From the NCBI GenBank assembly GCA_049314455.1, contig JBMOFC010000004.1, forward strand, positions 1,653 through 65,652: a DNA stretch of 64,000 nt, read 5' to 3'. The notes beneath the pieces are model-generated. The model had not been told where the DNA came from. It made no database searches and saw only the letters and a list, made by a program, of their open reading frames with translations. This DNA comes from Chthoniobacterales bacterium. Lineage in GTDB: Bacteria; Verrucomicrobiota; Verrucomicrobiia; Chthoniobacterales; UBA6821. The position numbers and the translations under genes were made by a program. Shown here in pieces: positions 35,554-44,939 of the stretch (its first letter is position 1; each line of letters starts with the position of its first letter).

Positions 35554-37140
35554 CTATCCGTTGCTTTGAGCGGATACGGTTTCCGTCTTGGCGGCAGTCT
35601 CTTTTTTATAAGCAATCCTTGTATGAAACATCCCCAGGAGAGTGTTCACAAGGCTATCGACAATCTTATGGAGTTCTCCGATGGTGATGGGGCATTCATC
35701 GTATTGATTGTCATGGAGGCGTTCTTCTAGGAGTGTGTGGACAAGATCATCGATGCGTTGTGGGGTTGGGCGTTCTAGGCTGCGTGTCGCGCTTTCTGCA
35801 GCATCGGCAAGACCAATGATGGCTGCTTCCTTTGTTTGAGGCCTTGGACCAGGATAACGAAACTGATCGACGGTGACGGCAGGAATATCTTCAAAACGAA
35901 CATTCATGATTTTTCCACCGGCACGCATATCTTCTTCTTGCTGGCGAGCGCGCTGAAAGAAGTAATCGATGACCGTTGTGCCATGATGCTGACGAATGAT
36001 ATCAATGATACGGTGGTGTAATTTATTTTTGAGTCCTAGGTCGACGCCCTCTTTCACATGAGCAGAAATAATAAGAGCGCTCATCGTAGGTGTTAGCTCC
36101 TGATGAGGATTGTCGCCAGACCTTTTATTTTCTATGAAATATTCTGGTTTGACTAATTTTCCGATGTCATGGAAATAAGCTCCCACACGGCAAATGGTGG
36201 GATTGGCATGAATGGCTTCTGCGGCTGCTTCTGCAAGAGTCGCCATCGCAAGGCTATGTTGGTACGTGCCAGGAGCCTCCATGCTTAACCGACGCAATAA
36301 GGGATGATTTAAATCAGCCATTTCCAGCCATGAGATATCGGTGGTGACGCGGAAAAGATATTCTAGGAGAGGCAATAGTCCGCTGACTACAATCGACGTA
36401 CACAGTCCACTCGCAAAGGCGGCGACACTTTGTGATAAAATGAGAAACCAAGAAGAAGCACCAGGATTCGTGAGTGAGAAAAGATCGATCTCTCCAAAAA
36501 GAACTGCTAAGAGGAACGTCGCTATTCCTATATAAATGCCAGCACGTATGAGTCGTGAGCGACGTCGTAGTTGAAAGGTCACAATAACGGCAATGAGTCC
36601 GGTGATGAGTGAAATAATTAAAAAGGGGACATTAATGCTCGCTAAACGATCTACAAGAAAGGCTCCCCAAAGGCCTCCAAAAAAAAGTACGAAAAAGCCC
36701 TCTTTTTTTCCTAAGAGTGCAGAAAGGGTTAGTGGAGCGAATGTGTACGGAATGAGCAGAGGTACCATTTTTTCATAAAAAATTTCATGAGCGCCACCTA
36801 GTACCAATACTTTTACAAGGAGTAATTGAAAGAGAAGTGTTCCAAAAATGAGTGTTAAGCGGGAGTTGCTAGAAAAAGTATCGTGATCTCCGACCCAGAG
36901 TTGAAAGAGGGCTGCAACAAAAAGCAGAAGGGCGATGAGTAATTGCTGCGGTGTAAGAGCAGTATCTCCAAGCATCATGATCCCCAAAAGCCCTCCCATG
37001 GTGGCGATTAACACGACACAGCAGATGCTCACATGTGTTTCAAGGAATGTGGTGAACTTTCCTTGTTTGACGCGGCGCCTTATTTTGCCACAGGTGAGGC
37101 CTCGCGCAGCAAGTTGACGATGTTCTAAATATTTGACCAT
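35554..37140 (-). CDS. 7TM-HD membrane phosphohydrolase (PgpH/YqfF-like HDIG protein)
   Basis: Seven hydrophobic helices followed by an HD domain (HSLAMATLAEAAAE...YFHDIGKLVKPEYFIEN...HHGT). It lacks the long N-terminal extracellular domain of many homologues. The track ORF 35302-35730 on the opposite strand is rejected. Confidence 0.85.
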   Translation of the reverse strand: MVKYLEHRQLAARGLTCGKIRRRVKQGKFTTFLETHVSICCVVLIATMGGLLGIMMLGDTALTPQQLLIALLLFVAALFQLWVGDHDTFSSNSRLTLIFGTLLFQLLLVKVLVLGGAHEIFYEKMVPLLIPYTFAPLTLSALLGKKEGFFVLFFGGLWGAFLVDRLASINVPFLIISLITGLIAVIVTFQLRRRSRLIRAGIYIGIATFLLAVLFGEIDLFSLTNPGASSWFLILSQSVAAFASGLCTSIVVSGLLPLLEYLFRVTTDISWLEMADLNHPLLRRLSMEAPGTYQHSLAMATLAEAAAEAIHANPTICRVGAYFHDIGKLVKPEYFIENKRSGDNPHQELTPTMSALIISAHVKEGVDLGLKNKLHHRIIDIIRQHHGTTVIDYFFQRARQQEEDMRAGGKIMNVRFEDIPAVTVDQFRYPGPRPQTKEAAIIGLADAAESATRSLERPTPQRIDDLVHTLLEERLHDNQYDECPITIGELHKIVDSLVNTLLGMFHTRIAYKKETAAKTETVSAQSNG

Positions 37141-37143
37141 GTT

Positions 37144-38079
37144 CTAGGTAAGCGCACGGTGGTGTTGATACGCTTTGATGACAGCTTGTACTAACGAGTG
37201 TCGCACTACATCGCATTCTTTAAAATAGTGAAATCCAATTTCAGAAACGGAAGCGAGCGCTTGTAGTGCTTCGATCAGGCCACTTGGCTTGTTTCTCGGC
37301 AGATCGATTTGGGTGGGATCTCCAGTAATCACACACTGGGAGTTAAGACCAATACGCGTAAGGAACATAAACATTTGTTCTGTGGTGGTATTTTGTGATT
37401 CATCTAGGATGATAAAAGCATTATTGAGGGTGCGGCCTCGCATGTAGGCGAGGGGTGCAATTTGAATTATGTTTTTATCAAGATAACGTTGTATTTCCTC
37501 AGGTTCTAACATGTCATGTAGTGCATCATAAAGTGGGCGCAAATAAGGAAAAATTTTTTCTTGAAGTTCTCCAGGAAGAAACCCTAACGCTTCACCCGCT
37601 TCAACGGCAGGACGTGTTAGAATAATGGAACTGATTTTTTCTTGTTTCAATGCAGAAACAGCCTTGGCCATGGCGAGGTATGTTTTTCCGGTGCCAGCAG
37701 GGCCAATACCAAAAGTAATTTCATACTCTTCCATAAAACGAAGATAGGTTCGTTGTGATTCCGTTTTGGGGAAGATGGGGGGCTTGCGAAAAGAACATTG
37801 AATACGCTCCAAGGATTGCTCTGAAGGTTTCACAGAAGAATGTTCCAACGCTTGTAAAAATTCGTGTTCTCCTATGTGAACACCCTGGCGTTGTTGATGA
37901 ATGAGCTGGTCGAGTGTTCGTTGAGCTCGTTGGATGGCTTCAGGAATACCATCAACGCGAAACCAACCATCGCGGGTAACAATGGTGATGTCTAACATTT
38001 CTTCCATCTTTCGAAGCAAGCGTTCATTGCCTCCATAGAGTGCATGGAGAGAACGTGCGTCTTGAAACTCCCAGGTCAT
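37144..38079 (-). CDS. phoH: PhoH-like ATPase
   Basis: Walker A GPAGTGKTYLAMA, ILTRPAVEAGEALGFLPG, and ILDESQNTT. The ATG at 38079 is preferred over the upstream TTG (38163). Confidence 0.9.
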   Translation of the reverse strand: MTWEFQDARSLHALYGGNERLLRKMEEMLDITIVTRDGWFRVDGIPEAIQRAQRTLDQLIHQQRQGVHIGEHEFLQALEHSSVKPSEQSLERIQCSFRKPPIFPKTESQRTYLRFMEEYEITFGIGPAGTGKTYLAMAKAVSALKQEKISSIILTRPAVEAGEALGFLPGELQEKIFPYLRPLYDALHDMLEPEEIQRYLDKNIIQIAPLAYMRGRTLNNAFIILDESQNTTTEQMFMFLTRIGLNSQCVITGDPTQIDLPRNKPSGLIEALQALASVSEIGFHYFKECDVVRHSLVQAVIKAYQHHRALT

Positions 38080-38187
38080 TGTCTGGTGTTTGTGGCTCTT
38101 GTTAGAACCTCCCTTCAAAGTCCCAGGAGCCACGCTTGGGAGATGATAATCAAACGCCTTCAAAATAAAAATATGGAAAGGATCTCT

Positions 38188-38367
38188 AGCCCGAATATTT
38201 CATGCCGATCTACTACGGAAGCCGGGAAGGCTGATGGATGCTGCGTTAGAATCGCATTTTGACTTGGGCAGTATGTACACATACAGCCCGGCGTTAAAAT
38301 GCTTGCCTGCCTTGCTCCGTCAGGCTTCGCAGCTCCTTCGTCACGATCAGTATGAAATATCCGGGCT
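38188..38367. mobile_element. MITE family 1 copy
   Basis: Ends (AG)CCCGAATATTTCAT ... ATGAAATATCCGGG(CT), with CTAG on both flanks. Overlapping track ORFs (38160-38432, 38234-38428) are considered spurious. Confidence 0.8.
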
Positions 38368-38385
38368 AGTGCCATCTCTGAGGTC

Positions 38386-38886
38386 TTATTTTGAATCCTT
38401 GGACTCTTTCTCTTTGACATCTTTGTAACCATAAACGAGTGCCCATGGAGTCCTTTCCTCAGGTGATTTTACCACTTCCACAATAGCAAAATAGGTTCCT
38501 GTTTTTTCGGGCACAATATGTGCTCCTGCCGAGACATAATGCTTCTTATCATGAGGATGCTGCCATGATTCTGATTCTGCTAATTTTCCGGCAGTGTCAT
38601 AAAGGTGAACTGAAATTTTTGAACCCTTCACATCTGAGGCCATTAAAAACCAGTAATCATTTCCTTTAAATAGTTGTGCCATTACCGCTTTTTTTTCCTT
38701 TACCCCCAGATCGCCTCCCCATGCATCTTTGCGGATGGCATATTGCTTGGAATAGGGGAGAGCTGCTTCATAAGCAAAAGAGAGCGCGTCATCAACAGTC
38801 CCGTGGGCTATTGATGAAAGGGCAACAATGATCCCCGTCCAGAGAATTAAAAATGATTTATTGAAGGATAACACGGAGGATAACAC
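38386..38886 (-). CDS. Hypothetical exported protein
   Basis: Leader FLILWTGIIVALSSIAHG. GTG start within a doubled word (gtgttatcctcc gtgttatcc). I recognise no family. Confidence 0.45.
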   Translation of the reverse strand: MLSSVLSFNKSFLILWTGIIVALSSIAHGTVDDALSFAYEAALPYSKQYAIRKDAWGGDLGVKEKKAVMAQLFKGNDYWFLMASDVKGSKISVHLYDTAGKLAESESWQHPHDKKHYVSAGAHIVPEKTGTYFAIVEVVKSPEERTPWALVYGYKDVKEKESKDSK

Positions 38887-38908
38887 GGTGGTTTTTGATC
38901 AAAAGAGT

Positions 38909-39799
38909 TCAAGAAACGGCATTGATTTTTAGAACAACTTCATCAGTGAGTGCATGGATTTTTTTGACTTTCTCACGAGAAATATCTTGTTTCTTTGCGT
39001 CAATAATAGGAGCAATTTGGTTGAGCACGTCGTGAATACGCACTACTAATAGATTCTTGCGTAAGCGCGGAGACATTCTGTTAATGCAGCGATCAAAATA
39101 GCGAACCAATTCTGGTTGATGAAGGAGCTCTGCACCTGAAGGAGTGTAATGATCATCCACAATAGCTGTCAGCGCATTCGTGCCACGAAGCCATCCTCCT
39201 AAACTCACTAATTGAGCAAGATCTTCATCGTTCATTTCATCCATAGCAGCACGCACATCTTGCAGTGCACCATCAAACTCAACACGCACCCCGTGCCAAT
39301 CGTGATGGTCGGCCTTATCAATAATACTTTTACTACGTGTAATGACTGATTTTCGGACATTGATTGCATCAGCAAGTGTCAAAACATCACGACCCAATTC
39401 TTTGACACGCTCCGTATCTTCTGCTTCCACTGCAATGAAACCTTCTGCGATAACGGAGCCCAGAAGCAAAGCAACCTGTGCCCGATCATCAGGAGTTTGC
39501 GTTTTGAGAAGCCGAAGTTGAGCCTTCCAATTGGGATTTCCTAATTTATCCAACACTAAAAAAATTTCACTAGGAACAGGAACAACCACATCTTGGACTG
39601 AAGCCGCAGGAAAATCAGAAAGGTTAATCGATATTGGGACCGATGTTTGTTCTGACGTGGAAGCTGGTGCTGCTTGGAGCGACGGGAAGTTCAGTGCGCA
39701 AGAAAAAAAGAGGGTGAGGATCAAGCTGAGTGTGCAATAAGAAAAAATAGCTGTCACTTTAGGACGAGTAAGAAAAATGCTGGATGGGAAAGTTTTCAT
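38909..39799 (-). CDS. Hypothetical exported protein
   Basis: Signal-like LILTLFFSCALNFPSLQAAP, then a helical-looking body. Same strand and only 22 nt upstream of 38386-38886. Confidence 0.45.
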   Translation of the reverse strand: MKTFPSSIFLTRPKVTAIFSYCTLSLILTLFFSCALNFPSLQAAPASTSEQTSVPISINLSDFPAASVQDVVVPVPSEIFLVLDKLGNPNWKAQLRLLKTQTPDDRAQVALLLGSVIAEGFIAVEAEDTERVKELGRDVLTLADAINVRKSVITRSKSIIDKADHHDWHGVRVEFDGALQDVRAAMDEMNDEDLAQLVSLGGWLRGTNALTAIVDDHYTPSGAELLHQPELVRYFDRCINRMSPRLRKNLLVVRIHDVLNQIAPIIDAKKQDISREKVKKIHALTDEVVLKINAVS

Positions 39800-39896
39800 G
39801 CTTTAGGGTGGGCAGGCTATGTTAGTGTAAAACTTTTTCTGGTAGTGTACGGCTACCGTCAATCATGCAGTGCACTTCACAATAGATCAACTCCGA

Positions 39897-40910
39897 ATGG
39901 ACCCCAAAAGACTACAACATTTTCTTAAGATTGCTGCTAAAAAAAAGATTTTAGTTTTAGGGGACCTCATGCTGGATGAATTTGTTTGGGGTAATGTGGT
40001 TCGCATTTCACCGGAGGCTCCTGTTCCTGTGGTAGAAGTAGAGCGTGAGTGTGGCTATCCGGGAGGGGCTGCCAATGTCGCCCGAAACTTGAGGCAATTT
40101 TGTCATGAAGTGCATGTTTTAGGTCATGTTGGGGAAGATCGTGCAGGGGAAAGGCTCCGACAACTCATGATTGAGGAGGGGTTGCAAACGGATGGGCTCA
40201 TCACCACGCGAGAAATTCCAACTATTGTCAAGACGCGCATTATCGCTCAGCATCAACAAGTCGTTCGAGTGGACCGTGAAAAAAAATGGAATGCCAGTCC
40301 TCTGCTTTTGCAACAAGCGATTGAACGAAGTCATCTGTTGATCGATGAGATGGATGCCATTCTGTTTGAAGATTATGGCAAAGGATTTCTGTGCCAAGAA
40401 CTCGTAGATGCCATCCTGAAAAAAAGAACATCTCAAGTTGTTACGAGTGATCCACATCCACAGAACAAGTTGGAATGGCCTGGCATTGCTGTGGTAAAGC
40501 CCAATCGTACGGAGGCTTTTGCAGCAGCAGGTATTCCTTTAACCCCACCGCTCTTTCCAGTAGAGCATGATGATGCGCTTCTCGCTGTTGGAGAGCGGCT
40601 GTTACAACGGTGGCAATCTCAAGCACTCCTGATTACCCTTGGGGAACAAGGAATGATGCTCTTCCGTCAAGGGCATCCTCCCTACCACACACCAACACGT
40701 GCGCGCGAAGTCTTCGATGTTTCTGGTGCGGGGGATACGGCTATTGCTCTTTACACGATTGGTATTACCTCGGGTGCAACCCCACAAGAGGCTGCAGAAC
40801 TTGCGAATCATGCCGCCGGCATTGTGATTGGTAAACTGGGAACCGCTACGTGTTCTCCGGAAGAGCTGGAAGAAAGCTTTTCAAAAATGACTAGTGTTAG
40901 TCATGACTAA
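39897..40910 (+). CDS. hldE: D-glycero-beta-D-manno-heptose-7-phosphate kinase (RfaE/HldE domain I only, PfkB family)
   Basis: KILVLGDLMLDEFVWGNVVRISPEAPVPVV is the RfaE domain I signature, with the PfkB C-terminal DVSGAGDT. No adenylyltransferase domain is fused. Confidence 0.8.
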   Translation: MDPKRLQHFLKIAAKKKILVLGDLMLDEFVWGNVVRISPEAPVPVVEVERECGYPGGAANVARNLRQFCHEVHVLGHVGEDRAGERLRQLMIEEGLQTDGLITTREIPTIVKTRIIAQHQQVVRVDREKKWNASPLLLQQAIERSHLLIDEMDAILFEDYGKGFLCQELVDAILKKRTSQVVTSDPHPQNKLEWPGIAVVKPNRTEAFAAAGIPLTPPLFPVEHDDALLAVGERLLQRWQSQALLITLGEQGMMLFRQGHPPYHTPTRAREVFDVSGAGDTAIALYTIGITSGATPQEAAELANHAAGIVIGKLGTATCSPEELEESFSKMTSVSHD

Positions 40911-41580
40911 GAACCTGTATTCAACCTCTACTGAGACCGCAAATAACAGCATCGCGTCGTCGGCTCCTTGTTCTTTATCAGTCTCAGCGACTTTGAATAT
41001 AGGTTCTAACTCTTCCTCTAGCTTCCAGCCTCCAGCCTCCAGCCGACTTCTGAAGCCTGCTCTCTTATTAGATCGTGATGGAACATTGATACAAGAAGTT
41101 GATCATTGCCATCGTCCCGAAGATGTCATTGTGATGGAAGGTGCTGCTAAGGGTCTTGCAAAAGCGCATGAGCACGGTTGGTACAATGTGATTATTACCA
41201 ATCAAAGCGGGATTGGGCGTGGTTATTTTACGGAAAAAGAATTTCAGGAAGTCCAGGAAGAGGTGCAACGTCAAGTAGGAGGTCGTATTGATGCCACATA
41301 CATGGCGCCAGATCTTCCTAATGGCAATTCTCTTCGACGCAAGCCTGCTCCTGGAATGATCTTAGAAGCCGCTTCCGAATTGGGGATTGATCTCTCTGCT
41401 TCCTTTATGATTGGGGATCGTAAGAGTGATATCGAGGCGGGCAAAGCTGCTGGCTGCCAGACAATTTTAGTCCTCACAGGATATGGTAAAGAGCATCGCG
41501 ACTGTGGTGCTGATTTTGTGGTGCAGGATGTGGCTGCTGCGATTGAGGTGGCACTCACTTCCCAATACAAAACGTACTAA
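40903..41580 (+). CDS. gmhB: D,D-heptose 1,7-bisphosphate phosphatase (HAD superfamily), with an uncertain low-complexity N-terminal extension
   Basis: ALLLDRDGTLI (HAD motif I), ITNQSGIGRGYF, RKPAPGM, and IGDRKSDIEAG. The first ~55 codons are S-rich, include the CCAGCCT repeat (41017-41044) and may not be translated. Confidence 0.75.
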   Translation: MTKNLYSTSTETANNSIASSAPCSLSVSATLNIGSNSSSSFQPPASSRLLKPALLLDRDGTLIQEVDHCHRPEDVIVMEGAAKGLAKAHEHGWYNVIITNQSGIGRGYFTEKEFQEVQEEVQRQVGGRIDATYMAPDLPNGNSLRRKPAPGMILEAASELGIDLSASFMIGDRKSDIEAGKAAGCQTILVLTGYGKEHRDCGADFVVQDVAAAIEVALTSQYKTY

Positions 41581-42901
41581 AAATTTCTCCTAGAATTTCT
41601 TCGCAGTGGACTTCCCCAGTTACTTCTCCCACCGCTTGTAAAGAGGCATGGAGCTCGATGGCCAGTAATTCCAGAGGAGCGTGGGTGACTACTAGTGAGA
41701 GTGCTCTTTCTATGGCATCCAAGGCACGCTTCAAGCACACTTGATGACGTGTATTGATTGCCAAAGGTGAGGGAGCTGCTTCTATGTAGGTTGCTTTCTT
41801 GCCAACCAGCCGTTCGATTAAAGTTTCTATTAAGGTTTCAATACCTTCACCTGTGGCGCATGAAATCAGGAGTGCCGAAGGATATCTCTGTTGCAACGCT
41901 AAGCGATTTTCAATCAAATCGACTTTGTTGAACACGAGTAATTCTTCCGAGGTGATGGGTGGTATGAACTCTTCAACCTGGGTGGCATCGACAAGATGGA
42001 GAGAGTGGTCTGCAGTCTCTGCAACACGGTGTGCACGCAAGACTCCTTCGTGCTCTACCGGATCTTCTGTCAATCGTATTCCTGCGGTATCAATCACTCG
42101 AAAAGGAAATCCCCCGAGGGTTGCTTGCTCTTCGATCGTATCACGTGTTGTACCTGCAATAGGACTGACAATAGCCCGCTCCACTCCTAAAAGTTTGTTG
42201 AGGAGGCTTGATTTTCCTGCATTGGGGGCCCCACAGAGAGCAAGCGAGATTCCTTCCCTCAAGAGACGTCCCTCTTCAGCCGTTCCCAGTAATTTTAAAA
42301 GATAATCACGACACGCTTCCATGCGTGCACGCAAGAGTTCTTCTTGTTCAGGATCAATATCATCTTCTGGGAAATCAAAAGAAGCTTCGAGGTGTGCTAC
42401 GATGGTGAGTAACTTTTGTTTTATTTTTTCTATTTCTTGACCTAGGCGTCCAGAACGCTGTTCTAAGGCTGCTCGCTGAGCATGACGCGTCTGAGCGGTG
42501 ATTAAATCCATAACCGCCTCCGCTTGTGTGAGGTCCATTTTTCCATGAAGGTAGGCGCGTTGCGTGAATTCTCCAGGGCGTGCTAAACGAGCTCCTGCTT
42601 GGAGCACTGCTTCCAAAAGGCGCGCTACAATGAGTGCTCCTCCATGCCCGCTGACTTCCACGAGATCTTCGCCAGTATAGCTCTTAGGCGCTCGAAAGAC
42701 GGTGAGCAACACTTCATCGATGATTTCACTCCCATCCACAACTACTCCAAAATAAGTGTGTCGCGATTGCATTTGTGAAGGGGACGTGCTTCCTTGAAAG
42801 ATCTGGTCAGCAACGGCAATGGCCTCAGGTCCAGAAATCCTCAGCAGGGCAATGGCTCCAGATCCTGGAGGTGTGGCAATAGCGGCAATGGTGTCGGACA
42901 T
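41555..42901 (-). CDS. mnmE: tRNA modification GTPase MnmE
   Basis: DTIAAIATPPGSGAIALLRISG, G-domain GAPNAGKSSLLN/DTAG/NKVD, and the C-terminal CIGK. Confidence 0.95.
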   Translation of the reverse strand: MSDTIAAIATPPGSGAIALLRISGPEAIAVADQIFQGSTSPSQMQSRHTYFGVVVDGSEIIDEVLLTVFRAPKSYTGEDLVEVSGHGGALIVARLLEAVLQAGARLARPGEFTQRAYLHGKMDLTQAEAVMDLITAQTRHAQRAALEQRSGRLGQEIEKIKQKLLTIVAHLEASFDFPEDDIDPEQEELLRARMEACRDYLLKLLGTAEEGRLLREGISLALCGAPNAGKSSLLNKLLGVERAIVSPIAGTTRDTIEEQATLGGFPFRVIDTAGIRLTEDPVEHEGVLRAHRVAETADHSLHLVDATQVEEFIPPITSEELLVFNKVDLIENRLALQQRYPSALLISCATGEGIETLIETLIERLVGKKATYIEAAPSPLAINTRHQVCLKRALDAIERALSLVVTHAPLELLAIELHASLQAVGEVTGEVHCEEILGEIFSTFCIGK

Positions 42902-42915
42902 GGGAAACTAAAAAT

Positions 42916-43158
42916 TTACAAAGAAAGCCGATGCACCAACTCATCTACAGAAAGATCATGATGTGCAGCAACCGCCTTAAGAATACTGCTCAGTGTTCCC
43001 AATTTTATGGGTGAATGATGAGGTATTGTGACATGATGTTGCCCCTGAAGCTGCGTTGTGAGTCTTATATGAGATCCGTCCTGCCTGACAATGGCGTACC
43101 CTAAGAAACGCAATTGGTTGACTAAATAGGAACCAGATACATTGCGAGGAATTTTCAT
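42916..43158 (-). CDS. hicA: HicA-family toxin (YcfA-like)
   Basis: VRQDGSHIRL...HHVTIPHHSPIKLGTLSSILK matches the HicA pattern. ATGA overlap with the upstream small gene. Confidence 0.7.
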   Translation of the reverse strand: MKIPRNVSGSYLVNQLRFLGYAIVRQDGSHIRLTTQLQGQHHVTIPHHSPIKLGTLSSILKAVAAHHDLSVDELVHRLSL

Positions 43159-43373
43159 GCAGCCAAAACTTCATCGCGCACAAGGTGCAATCTAATGACT
43201 CGAGGCCTTTCTGTGATGGGCATATCAAAAAAATGACATTGCACCGCCTCACGCACCATAAGACGTAGCTCTTCTAACGATTCCCCTTGGGTAAAAATAT
43301 TGTATCCGAGAGCCGCAGCAGTAAATCCACCATCAATTTCATCCGGATGTACCTCAAAAATAATTTCACTCAT
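43155..43373 (-). CDS. hicB: HicB-like (UPF0150-type) antitoxin
   Basis: IIFEVHPDEIDGGFTAAALGYNIFTQGESLEELRLMVREAVQCHF is the typical small HicB-like partner fold. It is coupled to hicA. Confidence 0.6.
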   Translation of the reverse strand: MSEIIFEVHPDEIDGGFTAAALGYNIFTQGESLEELRLMVREAVQCHFFDMPITERPRVIRLHLVRDEVLAA

Positions 43374-43416
43374 TTAGGGAGGATAAGATGATACATTGAG
43401 TGAGACAAGATGCTAT

Positions 43417-44826
43417 TTAGAGTCTTTCTGGGTTTACCCCAAACAACTTCCGCTCCACGATGAGTTGAGCCACTTCAGGAGGGACCATGTTTTTCCATGT
43501 CTCATCTCCTTTTTTAATTTTGGTGACTACTTGGAGTGATTGGATTCCCAAATATTGCGGGTGACAGCTATCGAGGGGAACAATAAATTTATTATTGAGA
43601 AGATAGTTGTAGAGCTCGGCTAAACGTGGTTCTACAGGAAAAGAAGAGGCATGAAGAAAATTTCCTTGTTCATCAAAGGTCGGGTAGACGTAAAGCTGCA
43701 CACCTGTTTTGAAAAGGCGTCCAAGTCCCTCAAGAATGCCCCCTTCCAGTCCACTATAATATTTTTCATCGAAGAGTTCGTAGAGACTTGGAATGCCGAG
43801 TGGCAGGCCAATAATTTGGTTCGTGTAGCGAGTTAAGTATTCGATAAGACGGTAAAATTCGCCGTAGTTAGAAATCAAAACGGTTCTTCCTAGTGCACTT
43901 AACATATCGACACGATCCATGAAGTCTTGATGGTCGAGAGCTCCTTCTCGAAGCAGATTGGACATGGTGATTTCCATTAAAATTTCTGGTTGGTCTCCCT
44001 TCAATCCTTCATGTTTTAAAAAATGCTGAAGAGCACAATCGAGCATGTCATTTGCTAGGAGTGTCACAGGGCGAAAGCTTCCGCGCTCCACGAGGAGTGG
44101 CTTGTTATGAAATTTATCAGCAGCTTGAATGACATCACCATCGCTATTGAATAAGACTGCTTGGGCCAAGCCTTGTGTCACGAGCTCCAGACACATGATA
44201 CGGTTATCGAGCATCTTGAATTCAGGACCTGCAAATCGAATCATATCAATCTCGATCCGTGATGAGCTCAAATCATCGATCAGTGAAGTGATGAAGGCAC
44301 GCGGATCTTTGCGGAGAAAAAAAGCACCATAAATCAAATTGACTCCGACGATTCCGAGAGCTTCCTGTTGATCAATATTTTCTTCATCGAGTAGGCGAAG
44401 GTGCAGGATGATTTCGTGAGGCTCGCCAAGCGGGGTTATTTGAAAACGAATTCCCATCCATCCGTGAGATTCATTTTTGGTCTTGTAAGAACGGGCAGCT
44501 ACCGTGTCAGCAAATGCAAAGAATGTTTTGGAAGAACCACTCTTTCCCCCCAGACGTTCGATGAGTAGGTTGTATTCATGGTCAAGCATTGTTCCAAGCC
44601 GATTGCGACTGACATAACGTCCACAGGGGCCATAAATCTCATCAGAAAACGTCATGTCATAAGCAGAAATGGTCTTGGCAACGGTACCAGCAGCAGCACC
44701 CACATAAAAAAAACGCCGAGCGACTTCTTGACCTCCTCCGATCTCGGCAAACGTCCCATATATCGACGAATCCATATTGATCTGAAAGGCTTTTTTATTT
44801 CCTTGAAGTTCGAATTGATTAGGCAT
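43417..44826 (-). CDS. Conserved-looking hypothetical protein (469 aa), function unknown
   Basis: A clean ORF with ATG and globular composition. It has distinctive N-terminal FAEIGGGQEVARRFFYVGAAAGTVAKTISAYDMTFSDEIYG. I cannot place it in a named family. Confidence 0.5.
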   Translation of the reverse strand: MPNQFELQGNKKAFQINMDSSIYGTFAEIGGGQEVARRFFYVGAAAGTVAKTISAYDMTFSDEIYGPCGRYVSRNRLGTMLDHEYNLLIERLGGKSGSSKTFFAFADTVAARSYKTKNESHGWMGIRFQITPLGEPHEIILHLRLLDEENIDQQEALGIVGVNLIYGAFFLRKDPRAFITSLIDDLSSSRIEIDMIRFAGPEFKMLDNRIMCLELVTQGLAQAVLFNSDGDVIQAADKFHNKPLLVERGSFRPVTLLANDMLDCALQHFLKHEGLKGDQPEILMEITMSNLLREGALDHQDFMDRVDMLSALGRTVLISNYGEFYRLIEYLTRYTNQIIGLPLGIPSLYELFDEKYYSGLEGGILEGLGRLFKTGVQLYVYPTFDEQGNFLHASSFPVEPRLAELYNYLLNNKFIVPLDSCHPQYLGIQSLQVVTKIKKGDETWKNMVPPEVAQLIVERKLFGVNPERL

Positions 44827-44939
44827 GGGAAGCAGGCTACAGGAGACTGATTGCAGAGGACAGGAAGAAAAAAGATAGAAATTGCTTGGGAATGAGTATT
44901 CTTAAAAAGAAAATTTTCAATTGATCAATTTTGAGTCAC

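Noticed and set aside
35302..35730. A 142-aa plus-strand ORF overlapping the 3' end of the 7TM-HD gene
   Set aside because: It begins in the GAAGATA repeat region, overlaps the conserved C-terminus of the HD protein by about 180 nt and has no recognisable features.
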